Shown in pieces: positions 62,901 to 64,000 of a DNA stretch of 64,000 nucleotides. The notes beneath the pieces were generated by a model. The model ran no database searches. It saw nothing but the letters and a program-made list of their open reading frames with translations, and was not told where the DNA came from. How positions within the stretch are numbered: the first letter of the stretch is position 1; every line of letters begins with the position of its first letter. The position numbers and the translations under genes were made by a program. The stretch lies in assembly GCF_009914755.1 (NCBI RefSeq), contig NC_060942.1; one strand, written 5' to 3'. The stretch is from the human T2T-CHM13v2.0 reference genome, Homo sapiens.

Positions 62901-64000
62901 GGTGCAAAAGGAAATATCTTCCCATAAAAACTAGACAGAAGCATTCTCACAAACTGGTTTGTGATGTATGTCCTCAGCTAACAGAGTTGAAACTTTCTAT
63001 TTACAGAGCAGTTTGGAAAGACTCAATTGGAGAATCTGCAAGTGGATATTTGGAAAGCTTTAAGGATTTCATTGGAAACCGGAATATCTTCAGGTAACAT
63101 CTAGACAAGGGCATTCTCAGAAACGTCTTTGTGACCTGTGTACTCAAGTAACAGAGTACAACCTGTCTTTTGATACAGCATTTTGGAAACACTCATTCTG
63201 TAGAACCTGCAAGTGGATATTCGGATAGCTCAAGCTATTTCGTTGGAAACGGGAATAGCTTCATATAAACTCTAGACAGAAGCACTGTCAGAAACTACTT
63301 TCTGATATCTGTATTCAAGTCACAGAGTTGAATATTCCCTTTCTTAGAGCAGGTTTGAAACCGTCTTTTCGTGGAATCTGCAGGAGTATATTTGGATAGC
63401 TTTGAGGATTTCGTTGGAAACGGGATTACATATACAAAGTAGACAGCAGCATTCTCAGAAGCTGCTTTGTGATGTTTGCTTTTAAGTCACAGAGTTGAAC
63501 ATTCCCTTTTATAGAGCAGGTTTCAAACACTCTTTCTGTAGTATCTGGAAGAGGACATTTCGAGCGCTTTCAGGCCTATGGTGAACAAGGAAATATCTTC
63601 CCATACAAACTTTTCAGAAGCATTCTCACAAACTGCTTTGGGATGTATGTCCTCAGCTAACAGAGTACAGCCTGTCTTTTGATACAGCAGTATTGAAACA
63701 CTCTTTCTGTAGAATCTGCAAGTGGATATTTGGATAGCTCTAACGATTTCGTTGGAAACGGGAATAATTTAGTATATAATCTAGACAGAGGCACTCTCAG
63801 TAACTGCTTTGTGATATGTGCATTCAAGTCACAGAGTTGAACATTCCCTTTATTAGAGCAGGTTTGAAACACTCTTTTTCTAGTATCTGGAAGAGGACTT
63901 TTGGAGCGCTTTGACGCCTTTTCTCAAAAAGGAAATATCTTCCCTTAAAAACTAGACAGAAGCATTCTCAGAAACTTTTTTGTGATGTGTGTCCTCAAGT
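53922..64000 (+). repeat. Rearranged, diverged array-B HOR variants (deletion, back-step and hybrid monomers)
   Basis: m2+m3 deletion at 54093; m10/m8 hybrid at 55114; m9/m1 hybrids at 55285, 59367 and 62600; 850-bp back-step (m7 at 58175 and 59025). Confidence 0.83.

Larger units (their letters stand above)
39534..64000 (+). repeat. Alpha satellite HOR array B (11-mer, ~1872 bp, SF2-like; possibly an inactive chr18 D18Z2/S2C18H2-family array)
   Basis: A different set of monomers (e.g. GATACAGCAGTTTGGAAAC, GACTCAATTGGAGAATC, GCTCGAAGTATTTCG) that is absent from array A. Monomer m1 starts at 39631, 41503, 43034, 44906, 46437, 48307, 50179, 52051 and 53922. The specific array name is low-confidence. 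Confidence 0.95.

Noticed and set aside
34-63872. About 200 short ORFs (60-158 aa) on both strands
   Set aside because: They recur with HOR periodicity, many start at non-ATG codons, and none has a recognisable domain. They are chance open frames in alpha satellite, useful only as period markers.
1-64000. CRISPR-like array (conserved motif with variable intervening sequence)
   Set aside because: The intervening sequences are themselves homologous repeats, there are no unique spacers or cas genes, and the unit is the 171-bp alphoid monomer.
1-64000. L1/Alu insertion, inversion or non-alphoid island
   Set aside because: No poly-A tails, target-site duplications or strand switch were seen; monomer phase is continuous throughout.
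39534-64000. Array B as chr1 D1Z5 (SF3 11-mer) or chr13/21 11-mer on length alone
   Set aside because: Length alone is not diagnostic. The monomers share dimer-family features with array A (TAGTATCTGGA..GGACA A-types, short ACATATACAAAG-ending B-types). HMM typing is needed.

Overview
The whole 64-kb window is primate (human-type) centromeric alpha satellite: about 375 head-to-tail monomers of 167-171 bp, all in one orientation. I see no gene, RNA gene, transposon or inversion. It spans a sharp junction (crossover at 39519-39533) between two different higher-order-repeat (HOR) arrays. Array A (1-39.5 kb) is dimeric, with alternating CENP-B-box and pJalpha-type monomers (suprachromosomal family 2). 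From memory its monomers resemble the chromosome 18 D18Z1 HOR; this is not database-checked. It consists of structural variants. Measured between successive copies of one marker monomer, the units are 15,12,12,20,7,21,13,13,13,13,13,7,21,7,21,7,7 monomers. Array B (39.5-64 kb) is an 11-mer (~1872 bp) HOR. It has a young 11+9 = 20-mer (3403 bp) expansion next to the junction and becomes more diverged and rearranged distally, as expected when leaving a centromere core. All ORFs in the track are repeat artefacts. I found no protein-coding novel system; the interest lies in HOR architecture, hybrid monomers and CENP-B box gain and loss. Monomer letters (a-p, x) and numbers (m1-m11) are my own labels.
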